Below the pieces are notes generated by a model. That model saw nothing but the letters and a program-made list of their open reading frames with translations, searched no databases and was not told the origin of the DNA. 64,000 nt of DNA from Strigamia acuminata (Eukaryota), in NCBI GenBank assembly GCA_949358305.1, contig OX442314.1, forward strand, positions 29,574,001-29,638,000, read 5' to 3'. Shown here one piece after another: positions 36,401-46,946 of the stretch (its first letter is position 1; each line of letters begins with the position of its first letter). A program made the translations under genes and the position numbers.

Positions 36401-39383
36401 AACTCGAGTTCCATTTGGGACAGGACCCAGTCCATTTTTACTAAATGCAACAGTAAAAGAACACGTCGACAAGTTTGAAGACCAATACCCGGACACATGC
36501 GACAAGCTGAAAGAAGACTTGTATGTAGACGATTTTGTAACAAGTATTGACAATTCGGAAAAGTTAATTCAAGTTTATGATGAGAGTCGTGAGATTTTAC
36601 AAGCCGCGAACATGAAATTAACCAAATGGAAGTCGAATGATGTGAAATTACAAGAGAAAATTATACGAGATGACCCAGATTGTGACGTGACAGTTTTCCA
36701 AAAGAAAACTAAAGTTTTGGGGGTAGTTTGGGATATTGAGTTAGATAAATTGGGATTAGACATTAGTGCATTGATTAACGAGATTAACTTGACCAAATAC
36801 ACCAAGAGATTTATTGTAAGAATTACCGCCATGATTTTTGACCCGTTGGGAATGGCAAACCCCTTTGTGATAACTGCTAAAATTATTTTTCAGGAACTTT
36901 GGAAATTAAATGTTGGGTGGGATGACGTCATTCCAGAATATGTGAAGATAAAATGGGAAAATTGGTATGTTCAGATACCCTACCTCGAAAATTTAAATTT
37001 AGAGCGCAAATTGTTAAATTGGGGAGGAAATTGTAGGAAAAGGATTCACATCTTCTGTGATGCCAGTCCGAGAGCGTATGGCGTAGTAGCCTACACTCGA
37101 GTTCTGGACGGAACAAATGCTGTTAATATTGATTTTATCATTTCCAAGTGTAGAGTGGCGCCTGTAAAGGAACTAACATTACCAAAGCTGGAACTGATGG
37201 GCGCGCTACTGGCAACAAGACTGATTCCAACATTGAAAGCGACTCTTGGGTGTGAGGATTTCACAATTTGGACCGATTCCAAGATAGTTTTGCACTGGAT
37301 CCGCGACACCAAGAACCGACCAGCGACATTCGTGTACAATCGTGTACGAGAAATTGTCGAGAATACATCGAGAGACGATTGGCGCCACTGCCCTGGGAAG
37401 GATAATCCAGCCGACCTGGTTACGAGGGGAGTGAACGTAAAACAGCTCACCGAAGAACCATTTTGGTTGAAAGGACCGGCGTGGCTTGCAGACAACGAAT
37501 CGAGATGGCCAAATGAAGACGTGAACGTGAATCCAATCATCGAGGACGACGAAGAAGAAGTAAAAGTGACATTAATAACAATTGCAGAACCAGACATCGA
37601 TTACACTCGATTTAGCACTTGGAAGAAATTAAAGAGAGCCACCGCTTGGACGTTTCGATTCATAACAAATCTGAAAATGAAAACTCGAAATGGTGAACCG
37701 TTAACAAACAACGAACTGAAACTAAGTGAACAATATTGGGTGAAATACTTGCAGCAAACCAACTTCGGAGATGAACTTAAACAATTAAAAAACAAAAAAC
37801 TGTTGCAAAAAACCTCGCTAATATTTAAACTTGCGCCTATTCTAGATGACAACGAAATAATTCGAGCAACCCACAGATGGCAACTGGCAGACGTGCCTCG
37901 AGACGTTCGAGAGCCCTGTATTCTTCCTCATTCGCACCCGATTACCAAACTAATCATACGTGGTGAACACGAGAGATTACTCCACGGTGGACTGGCCGAC
38001 ACACTAGCCAGTTTTCGAGAGCAGTTTTGGGTATTACGAGCGCGAAAAACCATCAAGAGTGTAATCAACAAATGCGTGCAGTGCAGGAAAGTACAGGGGC
38101 GGCTGGCTAAAGAAAAGTGGGGTTTACTGCCTGTGGATCGAATTACACCTTGTGAACCTTTTGCAATTTGTGGTATTGACTTTGCCGGACCTCTCTACAC
38201 CAAGTTAGGGGCAAAAACGTATATTGCGCTGTTTACATGTGCAGTCACGAGAGCAGTCCACCTTGAGTTGGTTTCGAATTTGTCAACTGAGCGTTTCATA
38301 GATGCGATGAAGCGTTTTATTTGTCGGCGAGGAATCCCCAAAACGATATATTCCGATAATGCGAAAACATTTATACGAGCAGATAAGGAGTTGAATTTAT
38401 TTTTAAAAAGTTTGCCAGAAGACCAGTTTCAGGGATTCGTTACGGAGAAACAAATTAAATGGAAGTACATAGTTGAGACCGCACCTTGGTGGGGCGGTTT
38501 CTGGGAGCGCATGGTGCGTTCCGTAAAACTTACATTGAAGAAAACGATCGGGAAAAACTCGCTTGACTACGAAGGACTTGTTACGATTTTGGCAGAGGTT
38601 GAGGCCGTTGTAAATTCGAGGCCTTTAACCTATGTGTATGATAATCCTAGTGAGCAATTACCCCTTTCCCCTTCTCATTTTTTAATAGGAAGACGAATAT
38701 CATTCCTGCCAACACTACAGAAGTATTCAACCGACACGGGATCGAAGGAAATTGTTTTGAGAGCGTGGAAATATCGTCAGACGTTGCTGAGTCGGTTTTG
38801 GGATCGTTGGACCAAAGAATACCTCATTGAGCTTCGACAACATCGTGGAAATACAAGTCAAACGAAATTTGATGTTGGCGACGTCGTCATCATCGAAGAC
38901 CAGAACAAACCGAGAATGACGTGGAAGCTGGGCCGCATCACCTCCGTGAAGGAAGGACGAGACGGTTTGATTCGCTCCTGCGAAATTCGGATGTCGAATG
39001 GAACTCTGCTTCGAAGACCCATCCAGAGACTGTGCAACCTCGAAGTAGAAACCGAAGTTCCAGTCCGCCGGGACGGGGGGACTGTGGAAACTGGCGGTTT
39101 CCAAAGTGAAATAATTTAGTTGAGTGTTTTGACCACCGTGGCACAAGTGAAAACTTACTTGTGACCCGGATTAAATGTATTCTTGGAATTTAAGGATTAA
39201 CTTAATCCTCTTGTTTTATATATCTAAAATTTTGAATAAAAACTCACTGTCTTTTCAAATGTAACCTTGTCTACATCGTTTCTTTGAGTCTACAACAAAC
39301 TTCGATCCGAATCCGACTCCATCCGTCGTTTTAACAAGTTTTAGGAGTGTTTCATTTATACAAGTTGCTCGTGCAACGTCTCA
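33489..39383 (+). mobile_element. Full-length BEL/Pao LTR retrotransposon
   Basis: Identical 301-bp TG...CA LTRs (33489-33789, 39083-39383), TSD gtcat, tRNA-Phe PBS tggtgccgaaacccggga (33790-33807), purine-rich PPT at 39070-39082, single intact ORF. Confidence 0.98.
33840..39119 (+). CDS. BEL/Pao Gag-Pol polyprotein (gag with three Cys-His knuckles, aspartic protease, RT, RNase H, integrase)
   Basis: KLPKLEVAKFKG; CTFC..H..C, CYRC..H..C, CRKC..HH..LC; FLDGGSQRSFI; YVDD; FCDASPRAYG; HHCC; IDFAGP, SDNA, PWWGGFWERMV. The stop lies inside the 3' LTR. Confidence 0.97.
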   Translation: MDDLERSRAQRETQRRSVRALFAKLKKEMAEDPLNEVRLLCIQAQLITKRLKIDKLDTIIADGITDVNEVDQDEFEAEELQDEMTAARITLEVALKELAQTKQTPPQQPPQVPLVNIPPVNPLFVPPVQNPNPVQPQCAVMKLPKLEVAKFKGTPETWTGFWSDFELSVHNNASLPKTAKFVYLRSLVEGLAANAISGLTVTELNYDTAISLLTNRFGQKEQIVGAHMAKLLEMPSVKRVEDVAALRRLYDFCDLHVKSLENLGVPTETFGPLLCPILARAVPTSIQHDFARPRGDAPWVVKEFLDFFRFEVAMRERTEAADKTNNKTQESTEAPNTKKEEVKKTNYKSNNHSSASALSNIVYKCTFCEKEDHKSPDCPLSVEKRKEACFKARRCYRCLKENHQARQCNTRFKCRKCEQKHHTYLCDKEDNKKTETTLTSAVQESTSTETVMFLQVVVLEANGNNEKRRVQCFLDGGSQRSFITEKLSRELQLEKIGEQSIALLTFGSTEPTIAKRKQVKLSLNNCENRNCNLEIKALESPWITPTLRGKPDERVLEKLKKYNIKLAYDNSVHRDDGVSILIGVDNFWRVTTGKQQRIDENLMAIETIFGWTLHGSTGETETTVSSLVRVNKILIADNTDELLEKFWNLESIGIHHETMEPGIDEVDTLKRFKEQIEWVDDHYEVGFPWKIDRKELNDNRDVAKKRLWSLINRFRKNPKLYLDYKKVIDEQLASGILEKVPKNSKPDNPYYIPHRPVIDETRATTKLRIVYDASSHAKGCLSLNDCLSKGPNMLPHLINIVLKFRTGKYGAIGDIEKAFHRIHLKTDERDVTRLYWIEDGWNGEESVKLIELRQTRVPFGTGPSPFLLNATVKEHVDKFEDQYPDTCDKLKEDLYVDDFVTSIDNSEKLIQVYDESREILQAANMKLTKWKSNDVKLQEKIIRDDPDCDVTVFQKKTKVLGVVWDIELDKLGLDISALINEINLTKYTKRFIVRITAMIFDPLGMANPFVITAKIIFQELWKLNVGWDDVIPEYVKIKWENWYVQIPYLENLNLERKLLNWGGNCRKRIHIFCDASPRAYGVVAYTRVLDGTNAVNIDFIISKCRVAPVKELTLPKLELMGALLATRLIPTLKATLGCEDFTIWTDSKIVLHWIRDTKNRPATFVYNRVREIVENTSRDDWRHCPGKDNPADLVTRGVNVKQLTEEPFWLKGPAWLADNESRWPNEDVNVNPIIEDDEEEVKVTLITIAEPDIDYTRFSTWKKLKRATAWTFRFITNLKMKTRNGEPLTNNELKLSEQYWVKYLQQTNFGDELKQLKNKKLLQKTSLIFKLAPILDDNEIIRATHRWQLADVPRDVREPCILPHSHPITKLIIRGEHERLLHGGLADTLASFREQFWVLRARKTIKSVINKCVQCRKVQGRLAKEKWGLLPVDRITPCEPFAICGIDFAGPLYTKLGAKTYIALFTCAVTRAVHLELVSNLSTERFIDAMKRFICRRGIPKTIYSDNAKTFIRADKELNLFLKSLPEDQFQGFVTEKQIKWKYIVETAPWWGGFWERMVRSVKLTLKKTIGKNSLDYEGLVTILAEVEAVVNSRPLTYVYDNPSEQLPLSPSHFLIGRRISFLPTLQKYSTDTGSKEIVLRAWKYRQTLLSRFWDRWTKEYLIELRQHRGNTSQTKFDVGDVVIIEDQNKPRMTWKLGRITSVKEGRDGLIRSCEIRMSNGTLLRRPIQRLCNLEVETEVPVRRDGGTVETGGFQSEII

Positions 39384-42300
39384 GTCATTAATCATGCATT
39401 TTTTTCTCCTTCACTTTCTTCACTGTTTGTTTTTTCCTTCTTAAGATTTTTGATTTTTATATTTGGAAATGTGGACAGCCTTAGTAAAGTTTAATAAATA
39501 GAAAATTCCACTTTCTAAATGCCTTTATTAGTGATTAAATTATGTTTTGGAATTGAGCCAAGTGATTGTTTTAATTGATTTACACATCTTGAAGGTGTAT
39601 AGCTTCTGGTTTTACTCTAATGCTGAGTGATGCCACAAATGACCTGACCACAGCTTAAGGGACTGTGAAAAAAGGTGAGCAGTCTTCAAGTTGATTTAAA
39701 AGCTACTCAATTATTGCTTTTAAATGGGAGTTTGCACTGTTGGATGCTTTGTTTGTTTGTCTCTTTGGTTTGATTATGGAAAATTGAAATTACATTCTCT
39801 TTAATTGCACATTTTATTTATGTTGGTAATATTTTATTGATATTTCTATAAACAACCCAATTCTAGAAGATTAGTTTGCTCAGATGCACACACTCATTTT
39901 TACCTGAAATGCAGAAGGTAATTTGTTTAGATATATGTTTCAATGTCTTATGGCTCTTCGTGGCTTTAAATTTAACAAATCATTAGAGTTATTCCAAAAG
40001 ACTACTAAAATGGATGGCATAAATTTTCTCTTATAATTAAGCTTGATGAAGATGTCAAGATGCAGTGAAGAATAATTAATCATTTTAAAGATACAGTAAG
40101 TCCCCTACATACAAACGAGTTCCGAAAAAATGTTGAATTATTCGTGATTCTAGAAAAGGTGTACAAGGTGGAAAATTTTTTAATGAAGAATTAAAGAAAA
40201 CATTTTTAATCTTATTTTTTTATTATTTTTTTCCTAGTGACTAGGTTCACGTCCGACGTTAACGTATTATTTTCATGACGCACTGTGATTGGTTGAGGGA
40301 TGCATTGAATTACGAACTGGAAATACACAGTTTGGTCTACTTTGCCAAAAACGGATATGATTAGGTCTGGGGGGGGGGGGGGGGGGTCATAAATAAATTT
40401 AGTTAGTATTGTTTTGAGAACCAAAGTATATTTTTATTGTTCAAACTGTAAGTCTTAGAAATAAGCAACCGATCGCGATAATTCTTTTTATTAGATTGTA
40501 AAAGTGAGATCGCGACAGTATTACCATCGTAACTGTTACTTTCTTAGTCAATAAATTCATTTGCAAGCACAGTTTCTCAAAGTTAATTGCCCAGTATTAA
40601 TAAATTCTGACAATACTAGGACTATAGTCAAGACAGTCATTAGTGCACTGCTTGCTTGACCTTTAAGCATTTATGAAATAAGTGTACTGACATTCAAAAA
40701 GCTATTGTTTCAATGCAATAATTCACTCTAATATGCTGTAACTGCTGCTGCCTCCAAATATCCCTTCAGTTGCGGAATGGAAATATTTTAAAAGACTGCA
40801 TTTAGGTCATTAGTGCAAGTTGGCTTTCGGCTTCTTTGGCGGTTGACTTGTTTACCATAAAGACATGTCAGCTGTGGAGAGTAAAATGCTGATCACATAC
40901 TTTCTGAGTCAGTGTGAATTTGGTATTCAAAAACCTTGCGATTCTTAAACCAGTTGCTGCTTGAGTCAAGTTTATCTTGGAACTGACCATTGTTACAGCA
41001 ATATCTCAGTATCAAGGAATGCAGTGGATTACCTGTTTTTTAGATGTGAGTAAAAGAGATGTCTTCTTTTATAGCTGCTAAAGTTGACCTTTATTGGATC
41101 ACAAATTGAATGCTGTTTAGCATTCCAAATTGAATCAGACAGTAGAAGCACACAAAGGGACTTGTTGTCTGTTTTCTTAAAGAATGTGGACATAGCTTTA
41201 CTTCAGACAAATGTAATTAACTTACAATGCAAGCATTGTCTGCAATAATTCCATTAGAACATATTCAGCATCTTTTGTACTCTGACAAACAGGAGGTGCA
41301 TTTTCATCTAGGACTTTCCTCAACACTTTGCATTTTCATTAAATTCAGACAATTATCTTCTTGGATGAGTTAAAGTACAATTTCCAACTGTGAATACAGT
41401 CCTCTACATACGAACATTTCAGTTGCAAACTTCCAGAGATACAAACTTCAAATTTTGCGGTATCGCGTAAGTTACCGGTAGTTTGTCATAAATAAACACA
41501 TTCTGTCAACTTCCTTTTAGTAAAGGATTGCGAGTTTTGATCTTCCAGACCGGCTTTTATGAAATTGCATCTTTAATAGGCGAGGGTTTAATCTATCTCT
41601 CTTTAATACCTTGAAGGTTGTTTACACCCAAGTTTTTCTACTTAAGGTGTTACTACAGTAATCACCATCGCACAACTGTTTATGGCAACCTAATCGATTG
41701 GGATGAAGGTAATATCTGTAGCCACAAGACGTTTTTTGTTTAAAATGTGGGAGATGAAATGGAAGTGAAGATTTTTTAAAACCAATTTCCCAAGAGAACA
41801 AGGATTTTTAATATGCCAGAACTCAGCTTGTTGCCACTCCATCTTTTTTTTTTTTATATATTTTTATTTTATAAGATACGGTAAGTGCTCTGAATGATGG
41901 AGTTGCTATGCAGTGATGTTTGTCTATAACTTAGTTATTTCACTATAGGGAAAATGAAATCTGGAGTTTGCGTCAGTCATTTTTACATCATTTATTCAAA
42001 TTCTGATTGACTAAAGAAAGTAACAATTAGAAATTGGATTTCTATATACTTTTTTTTTTCATTTTGTGAATTAAAAGGTACATTTTTTTGTATCATGCAT
42101 ATCTTATTTCTGATGAGAAGAAATTGCATTCCATTGCTTATGTGAATTGACATGCAGAAGCTGGTGGGTGGAGATTTTCTCATCTTAATGAAGAATGGAG
42201 CAATTTGAGCAGCAGTTAAGGTCTGATATTGGTTTTATGTTATTTTTTAGATCAAGTGCTCATTAAAATATGAAATTTAGAAAAAAGTGTTTTAGTTTTA

Positions 42301-43494
42301 GAAAATGGATTTTATTTTAACATCGATAAACTTGTGGTGACCCAGAAGGCAGTGTGTCAACCTCGGAGACATTCCATGGGTGACCCCCTTCTGTGCCACA
42401 CCATTATTTTTACTACGATATTTTATTACACACACATTTAGTACTAATTTGATGGTGCGCTACAACTTTGTAATTGGAAATTTTGCTCTATCTCGACCAG
42501 CTAACGAGTTGGCAAATAAAAAGTCCATTATTGCATGTCTGGCATAAAATTTGACTACCCTATTGGATTCGTTATCCCTACTTTGCTATAGGATAGTCTA
42601 CTTGGTTTTTTGAAAAAGCATATACTTATTCTGGAAATTGATTGTAACGTCTTAAACGAAAACAGAAAATTAAGCCGAAACTACAGAAGAATATAAAGAG
42701 CAAAAGTAGACTGAGAATTCATCAGCTTCACTGCATGAAAGTGCATTGTGCTCCAGGAGAGGCCATTAGGCGGCATAAAAGCTTTGCAGTCTTTTTGAAA
42801 TGTATTTTGAATCCTTTGTTGTCTGTGGGTACTTCATTATTCAAAAATGTCGTGAGATCTCATAAAATTAATCAAATTTGTTCTAATCTTGTCAAACCCT
42901 ATTGTGAAATCAAATAACTGACTAAATAGCATTTTGGGATTTCATCACAAACAAGATTTTGTCGTTTGAATTTGATTTATTCATGTGGTGTGCTGAAGTT
43001 AATCCTTTCTTCTGTTGGCATTTAAATTCCCAATGACAGTAAATCATGGTCAGCGTGTACGGTGTACTATAATTGAAAATGTAGAAACTTAACAAGAAAA
43101 GAAAAGACGTACCTCGGGGAGGACAGTTAAAACCATTTTATTAGCATAAGCCAAAAGCAGCCATGTTGAAAAGATAGATAGCAATTAAGTGATAAATTGA
43201 AAATATTATTAGTTGTTTCTTTTTTAAATTCCAATTTATAACTACGGTATTTAAATATTGGTGTAAACTGTAAATGAAAAATATACATGTCATTTGTAAG
43301 CTTGTGTACCACACAAGATTTTATGGAATAATAGTTTGCCCAGGTTGGTCATTTTTTGGTCTTTTCGGCCTCCATTTCCAAGATTGGACAAGGGATGATG
43401 TAACCTCGTGGGCCCATGGTCCATCGTAATCCACAATATGATTATGGTATGTATAGGGAAGGGGAAGGATCCATATGCTAGCAAATACTCTATG

Positions 43495-44179
43495 TCAGTG
43501 TTGGTTTGGGGATGCAAAAGGTTGGGAATTGCTAATCCATTAAAGAAATAATGGATCCGTATGTTTACAGAGACATTTTATACTTTAAGCGGACTGAAAA
43601 GGGACACTTTGTAAAAACTGGCGTTGTTAGAAATAGCAAGGTCGCACGAGTTCGAGAGGAATAGCGCGATGCAGCAGAGAGAAGCCAACCTGCAGGAGGG
43701 GCTTTTGAGCGATATTGAATGAAGCATGATCGGAAGTGCTGTAAAAGTGTCATAAATTATCTTGTTTCACCCTTTGTTCCCCTGAATTTGTATTTGCGAT
43801 CATGAGAAATTACAATAAACTTGTTCTCAATTCAAAAAAGACATGTTTTATTTCGCTCATCTAGAAATCAGTAAAAATCAGTAAATATACACAGTTTTCG
43901 ATAAAAAGTATTTCACACCAAAAGAAAATTTAAAAAAAAAATTTAATGGTCTTCTCAGTTATTTTAACCTTCATCCAATTGAACATTTATGAGATGATTT
44001 CTTGATTTGGACCAAAACGTTCCTCTAGAATTGAGAAAAAATGTTCCATGATTGAAATTAGCATTTCTAGATGTTTGGTGTAAAATATCCCCATCAATGC
44101 TGCTGAAATTGCTTGAAAGTATATGGCTGAATAATTCAAAGCAATACTATAAACTAAAGGATGGCAAACAAAGCATTAA
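43495..44179 (+). pseudogene. Decayed Tc1-like transposase fragments
   Basis: 43495-43580 gives SVLVWGC...IKEIMDPYVYRDIL. 43947-44179 gives WSSQ..NLHPIEHL*D (compare WPSQSPDLNPIEHLW) and ends KGWQTKH*. Stops and frameshifts present. Confidence 0.75.
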
Positions 44180-46359
44180 CAGACATTGTTGTAAGGATTC
44201 TTGATGGTTAACACAGTTTGTCACTTCACAAAATAATTTTTTTCTCCAGAACTAATAGTGATAGACTTTCATAAAATTTTAGATGAATAAAGCGAAATGT
44301 TGGACAAGTATTGAGTTAAAATTTCATTCGCTTTCCTTTTTGTTAACTTAGTTTCCCCCCCCCCCCCCCCCCCCCCCACTGTAGAACTAACAGTATGTTG
44401 CAATATTTCAATACATTTTGAAATGCATGCTCAGTGTGTTTACAAGCATATGTTTTTGACAAATATGATTTCATTTCAATGTTTTGTTGTCGTGACGTAA
44501 CGTCAGCAGGTGCAAATTGCACTGTGAGTTTGTTGTTTTATTACGTTGACAGAATACTTATTTACTTATACAAGTATTTGTTTTTTTAATGTTATTTGGT
44601 TATATTTATGCTAATTTAAAAATTCATTATCCTCATTACAACTCATTATTCCAACATCTACGTACAAGCAAAGGGAGATTTATCTGTTAAGTATTGAGAA
44701 GAGTGGTTTCATTGGATTAGACGATGAGACAAAGGTTTTTCTCCCTTTCTTTTTAATTGCAGACATGGATGACAATTTGTATCTATTAGCGACTGGAACA
44801 GTTTATCATGTTGATTACCTGTTTCCATTAGAACACAGAAATTAAGCAACCTCATGCCTGATCTGTACTGGGAATTCGAGTTTTTTTTTTATCCTTGTTT
44901 GATTCAAGGTACGGCTCCCGCCATGCGTCTCTAATCCGGTTTTCTATGGTTTCTCTTGATTTACCCAGTTCTCGGCACAAACAAAATATATTTGAACAAT
45001 ATTTGTAGAAATTTATTTTCTTAAATTGACACACACAACATTTTTCAAATTCAGTTTGTTGGTATTTTTCCTGAATTGTTTTTAGTTTTATCGACCTGCA
45101 TAAGATGCTTTACCTTTCCAGATTTGTGTTTAAATCGACTTCAACAAGCGTTTGAACTTGTATTCAAGAATATTTTGTGGCATTCAAAATTGATTGTCTA
45201 TTTTGTTAAGCAGACACTTTTGTTTTCATTTATCTTTCTCTGATTTAAATAAAGAAGGATAAATGTATGAATGATATTCAGAGGATCAAAGGTGAGCCTG
45301 CAATTCCAGCAGGGTGCTTATTACATCACTTGTAATTGGCTGCAGCTAGGCCATTAATCAAATTGTGACATTTTTAAGACTCATCTTGTCACTCATTTGT
45401 CCTGCTCTTCAAAGGCGAGCCAAAAGCCATGGTGATGCAAACAAGATGCATGGAAATTAATTATGATGCATGGGAGCTTAAGTTTGGTTTCTTTAACGCT
45501 TAATCTTGGCTCAGGAAGAAAGAGGGTTGAAATATTAATTCTGAAGAATTGCTTCATTCATCATGAGTTGCAACTTGCTGGTCTCCTTCCTCTTGGATTT
45601 TGAGTGCAAATAAGGATAGCAATAAATTAATAAAAATTGCCAACATTTCTCTGCAAACCCCAGAGCTGAGAAACATGGAAAAATTTCTTTACATCATTTG
45701 CTACTCTGGAGTTTTTAAGAAGTTTTATAACTTAGTTTGGGGTGGTGGTTGAAATGAAGAAAAAGTGAGAACATAATGTGTGGATTTATTATTTATGATA
45801 ATTTGAACAAAGTTTGCATACGATGGCTACCGGACAAGATGATAATTCACTAAAACGATGTTTGACTAGTTTTTTTTTTCTATTTTATTTTATTTTATTT
45901 TTTTAAGTTGGAACTTTTCGGAGCGTCATTCCGATAAAAGATTTGGAGACGAACATCGTTTCGGTTTAAAATCATCAGGCAATAAAGAAATCTATGTTCT
46001 GTATACAGGGTGGAGGAAAAGTCTGTTCCCACAACAATATTTCAGAAGAGAAGAATATTTCCTGAATTTATAATTGGGTCATATACGAAGTTGGCCATGC
46101 TGAAATTAATGGTGATCCCGAACTTGACCTTGATAACTGGGATCAAGGTCATTCACTTTTTAACTTTTAAACTCTTTGAGATAGAGAAAAAAAGTCAATT
46201 GCAAAGTTGTAGAGCACCATTTGTTTAGTCAATATCCACTTTTAAATCTTATTGTTACCTCATCTTATCTTGTGAAAAAAGTGAAAACATAAATTTCAAA
46301 ACTCAACAAAAAAATTCTAACAAAAAAATCAGAAACTGAGAAAAATAAAATTTCACAAC

Positions 46360-46626
46360 TGAAAAAAGTGAAATTTCAATCAAAAAATGGAAATTTTCAA
46401 TAAAAAAATGGAAATTTCAATGAAAAAATGGAAATTTCAATAAAAAAATGGAAATTTTAATGAAAAATAGAAATTTCAATGAAAAAATGGAAAATTTAAT
46501 GAAAAAATTGGAATTTTAATCAAAATATGCTAAACAATTGTAATAAAAGCCGCCTTCGATTAAGAGCCGCGGCTCAGGATGCCCGTTTTGAATAAGAGCC
46601 ATGGCTGTTACTCGAGAAAATACGGT
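46360..46626. mobile_element. Tc2/pogo-like MITE fragment with tandem repeats (same family as 3310-3497)
   Basis: Shared sequence with 3310-3497. Confidence 0.75.
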
Positions 46627-46946
46627 TTTATTTAATTTAACAATTAATTTATACATTTTTTTAAACACCCTTAGTGACCCTCTGTATATTGTCGGGCAGG
46701 TTCTACTTGGGCCACCCGATAAAATACAATGGGACAGGAGAGAAACAACGCATCAACCAAGGGTAGTTGAACATAATTTAAAAGTGAAAGCTTACACAAG
46801 CAACGAAAGTGAGGTATGATTAAAAAATCAATACGTGTATTGAATATTTTGGTAGTAAAACATGCGTTTTATCGCTTTTTTGTTTTACGACTTGATGTCA
46901 CGCAACGATAAACTGGATAATATTTTAGTTTTGCCAGTTATTCGCA

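Noticed and set aside
33758..39146. Multiple minus-strand ORFs over the BEL element
   Set aside because: Antisense shadows of the long sense ORF.
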